Assembly (NCBI GenBank): GCA_902517455.1
Contig: CABYCN010000003.1
Span: forward strand, 5 to 64,004
Source of the DNA: an uncultured Pelagibacteraceae bacterium
Lineage (GTDB): Bacteria > Pseudomonadota > Alphaproteobacteria > Pelagibacterales > Pelagibacteraceae
DNA length: 64,000 bases
Reading direction: 5' to 3'
This document shows, in pieces, positions 61,679 through 64,000 of the stretch. The stretch's first letter is position 1. Each line of letters starts with the position of its first letter. The position numbers were made by a program, and so were the translations under genes. The notes below the pieces were generated by a model. The model was not told the DNA's origin, did not search any database, and was given only the letters and a program-made list of their open reading frames with translations.

Positions 61679-62860
61679 TTGATAAAAAGAGACAATGTCC
61701 GAATATGCGTACCAAGATATATGCAGATTGGTAAAGGTAGTTTGTATCAACTTCCAGAAATTATAAAAACTTTAAATTCAGTGAAATCTTTTCTGATTGT
61801 TACGGACAAACAGATGGTTGAATTTGGTTATGTAAAAAAGCTTCAAAATATTTTAACTAAAGCAGGATTAAAATCTAATGTTTTTGATGATACTGTCCCG
61901 GATCCAACTGATAAGGTAGTTTTAAATGGTATTAATCATTTAGAAAAATTTAAAAGTGAGGCTGTAATAGGTTTTGGAGGCGGTAGTCCAATTGATACTG
62001 CTAAAGCTATTGCTGCAATGGCTAAGTATAGTAAGAATGTACAAGACTACAAACCACCTTCAACGTTCGATAAACAAGGTTTACCAACTATTGCTATACC
62101 CACAACAGCCGGAACTGGCTCAGAAGTAACTCATCACGCAGTAATCATAGACTCAAAAAATAATGAAAAAATTTCGTGTAGAGGTGAAGGTTTCGTTCCA
62201 ACCTGTGCAATCGTCGATTATGATTTAACTTTATCAAAACCAAGAAGACTAACAATCGATAGTGCTATCGATACTTTAACTCACGGGATTGAGGCTTATA
62301 TTAGTAAAAAGGCTACATTATTTTCAGATAGAATGGCCTTAGATACAATAAGACTTGTAACACAAAATATTTATGCTGTTGATAAAGATCCCAAAGATTT
62401 AAAAGCAAGAGAGGGATTAATGTTAGCTGCAACTCTAGGAGGTCTAGCATTTTCAAACGCATCAATATGTTTAGTTCACGGGATGAGTAGACCTTTAGGG
62501 AGTAACTTTAAGGTTCCACATGGATTAAGTAATGCAATGTTATTACCTACTATAACTGAGTTTTCAATTGATTATGCTAAAAGCAGATATGCTGATTGTA
62601 GTAAAGCTGGAAATTTTGCTCAGCTAAATGACGACGACGATACTGCTTGTGAAAAGTTGGTTAAAGGTCTTTATAAAATGAATAAAGATTTTGATGTACC
62701 ATCAATGAGAAAGTTCGGTATTGATGAAAAAAATTTTGAGGAAAAGCTTAAAAATATGGCTACTGATGCAGAAGTTTCAGGAGCGCCTAACCTCAATCCA
62801 AGAGTGCCTACTGTAAATGAAATGGTTGATCTTTACGGTAAAGCATGGAGAGCGTTCTAA
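61679..62860 (+). CDS. Iron-containing alcohol dehydrogenase
   Basis: GGGSPID, IPTTAGTGSE, DTLTHGIE, LVHGM, HGLSNA. Confidence 0.92.
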   Translation: MIKRDNVRICVPRYMQIGKGSLYQLPEIIKTLNSVKSFLIVTDKQMVEFGYVKKLQNILTKAGLKSNVFDDTVPDPTDKVVLNGINHLEKFKSEAVIGFGGGSPIDTAKAIAAMAKYSKNVQDYKPPSTFDKQGLPTIAIPTTAGTGSEVTHHAVIIDSKNNEKISCRGEGFVPTCAIVDYDLTLSKPRRLTIDSAIDTLTHGIEAYISKKATLFSDRMALDTIRLVTQNIYAVDKDPKDLKAREGLMLAATLGGLAFSNASICLVHGMSRPLGSNFKVPHGLSNAMLLPTITEFSIDYAKSRYADCSKAGNFAQLNDDDDTACEKLVKGLYKMNKDFDVPSMRKFGIDEKNFEEKLKNMATDAEVSGAPNLNPRVPTVNEMVDLYGKAWRAF

Positions 62861-62914
62861 AATGAGTTGGGGATGTTCTTTAAATTTAAAACAACTCAAA
62901 ATAGAGAGGGGAAA

Positions 62915-63979
62915 ATGAAAAAACTGATAAAAACATCTGTTAGTTTCTTTGCAGTGTTTGCTTTAATGGTAACTTTTTCATTACAGCAAGTTACTGCAGC
63001 GGAAAAAATTAGATGGAAAGTACAATCTACTTTTAATACTGGTTGGCCTGCATTAGGAGATCCTGTTGCACGTTTATCAGATACATTAGATAGAGCGACT
63101 GATGGTAGAATTAAATTAAAGGTTTATGAGCCTGGAAAAATTCTTCCACCACTAGAAATCTCACCTTCAATAAGTAAAGGTGACTTGCCAGCAGCTTATA
63201 ATTATATGGCATATGACCAAGGAAGAATACCAGCAGCAGTATTATTTGCAGCTGTTCCATTTGGAATGGAGCCATGGGAATATGCAGCTTGGTGGTTTGA
63301 AGGAGAAGGCGCTAAATTAGCTAATGAAATATACAACAAACAAAATATTCAAGTTTTGTTATGTAGTACAATTGGGCCTGAAACAGCTGGTTGGTATAGA
63401 AACCCTATAACTAGCCTTGCAGATCTTAAAGGTTTAAAAATTCGTTTCTCAGGTTTGGGAGGAATGGTTTTAAATGAAATAGGAGCTTCAGCTACTTTAA
63501 TGGCTGGTGGAGAAATTTTTGCAGCACTAGAAAAAGGAACTCTAGATGCTACTGAATATTCAATGCCTGCTATTGACGAGGTTTTAGGTTTTCATAAAAT
63601 CACTAAGTTCAACCTGTTCCCAGGTTGGCACCAAGTATCAACTTCAACTCATTTCATGATCAATTTAGATTTATGGAAAAAAATGGGTGCAGCTGACCAA
63701 GCATTATTTGAAATGGCTTGTACAGCGGCGGCTATGAGAGCAATTACTACTGGTGAATTTTTACAAGGAAAACAAATCGGATCTTTTCCTTCTAAAGGTG
63801 TAACAGCAGCTAGATTGCCTGATAGTGTATTGAGAGAGCTACAAAAAGTTAGTGCTAGAGTAATGAAAGAAGAATCTGCTAAAGATGCTGACTTTGCCAA
63901 AGTATGGGCTTCTCAACAAGCATTCATGAAGGAGTATGATGTTTGGCAAAAATGGGGATATTTACCTCGAAACTTTTAG
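62915..63979 (+). CDS. TRAP substrate-binding protein (DctP family)
   Basis: Sec signal, RWKVQS, VPFG, GWYR, KIRFSGLG, DATEY, PGWHQ; SD GAGGGG before ATG 62915. Confidence 0.9.
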   Translation: MKKLIKTSVSFFAVFALMVTFSLQQVTAAEKIRWKVQSTFNTGWPALGDPVARLSDTLDRATDGRIKLKVYEPGKILPPLEISPSISKGDLPAAYNYMAYDQGRIPAAVLFAAVPFGMEPWEYAAWWFEGEGAKLANEIYNKQNIQVLLCSTIGPETAGWYRNPITSLADLKGLKIRFSGLGGMVLNEIGASATLMAGGEIFAALEKGTLDATEYSMPAIDEVLGFHKITKFNLFPGWHQVSTSTHFMINLDLWKKMGAADQALFEMACTAAAMRAITTGEFLQGKQIGSFPSKGVTAARLPDSVLRELQKVSARVMKEESAKDADFAKVWASQQAFMKEYDVWQKWGYLPRNF

Positions 63980-64000
63980 TATTTAATACTTAAAAAGTTG

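Noticed and set aside
815-63900. Short antisense or alternate-frame ORFs in the track (e.g. 815-1048, 5116-5385, 34121-34438, 42745-43098, 63649-63900)
   Set aside because: They are shadows of well-supported genes and have no motifs or initiation signals.

Overview
This is a very AT-rich, gene-dense alphaproteobacterial chromosome segment with short or overlapping intergenic spaces. Gene content and order (ffh-rpsP-trmD-rplS-leuCDB-dmdC-dmdB-dmdA-asd-sdhCDAB) point to a SAR11/Pelagibacterales genome (inference). Core blocks: tsaD/hemCD/folD, a YbbAP-TesA type ABC module, argG, ccmCDEFGH, an alpha-hydroxy/keto-acid cluster with a TRAP transporter, SRP genes, leucine synthesis, DMSP demethylation and complex II. 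No tRNA, rRNA, IS, integrase or CRISPR array was seen. Most notable observations: (1) SdhC and SdhD both lack the histidines that bind heme b, suggesting a heme-free complex II. (2) A ~9 kb light/UV-stress block carries an Fe-S-free (6-4) photolyase, a domain-inverted photolyase, an unlisted DUF2256 mini-gene, a CRTAC1-like protein, a fasciclin and several unknown proteins. (3) A candidate stand-alone structured RNA with a CU-rich loop lies between hspQ and ccmC. (4) An IclR/MmsA/Fe-ADH/TRAP cluster resembling dddBC lies near the dmd genes. (5) ffh is broken by two single-base homopolymer insertions, probably sequencing errors. All calls come from motif recognition by eye; no database searches were run.
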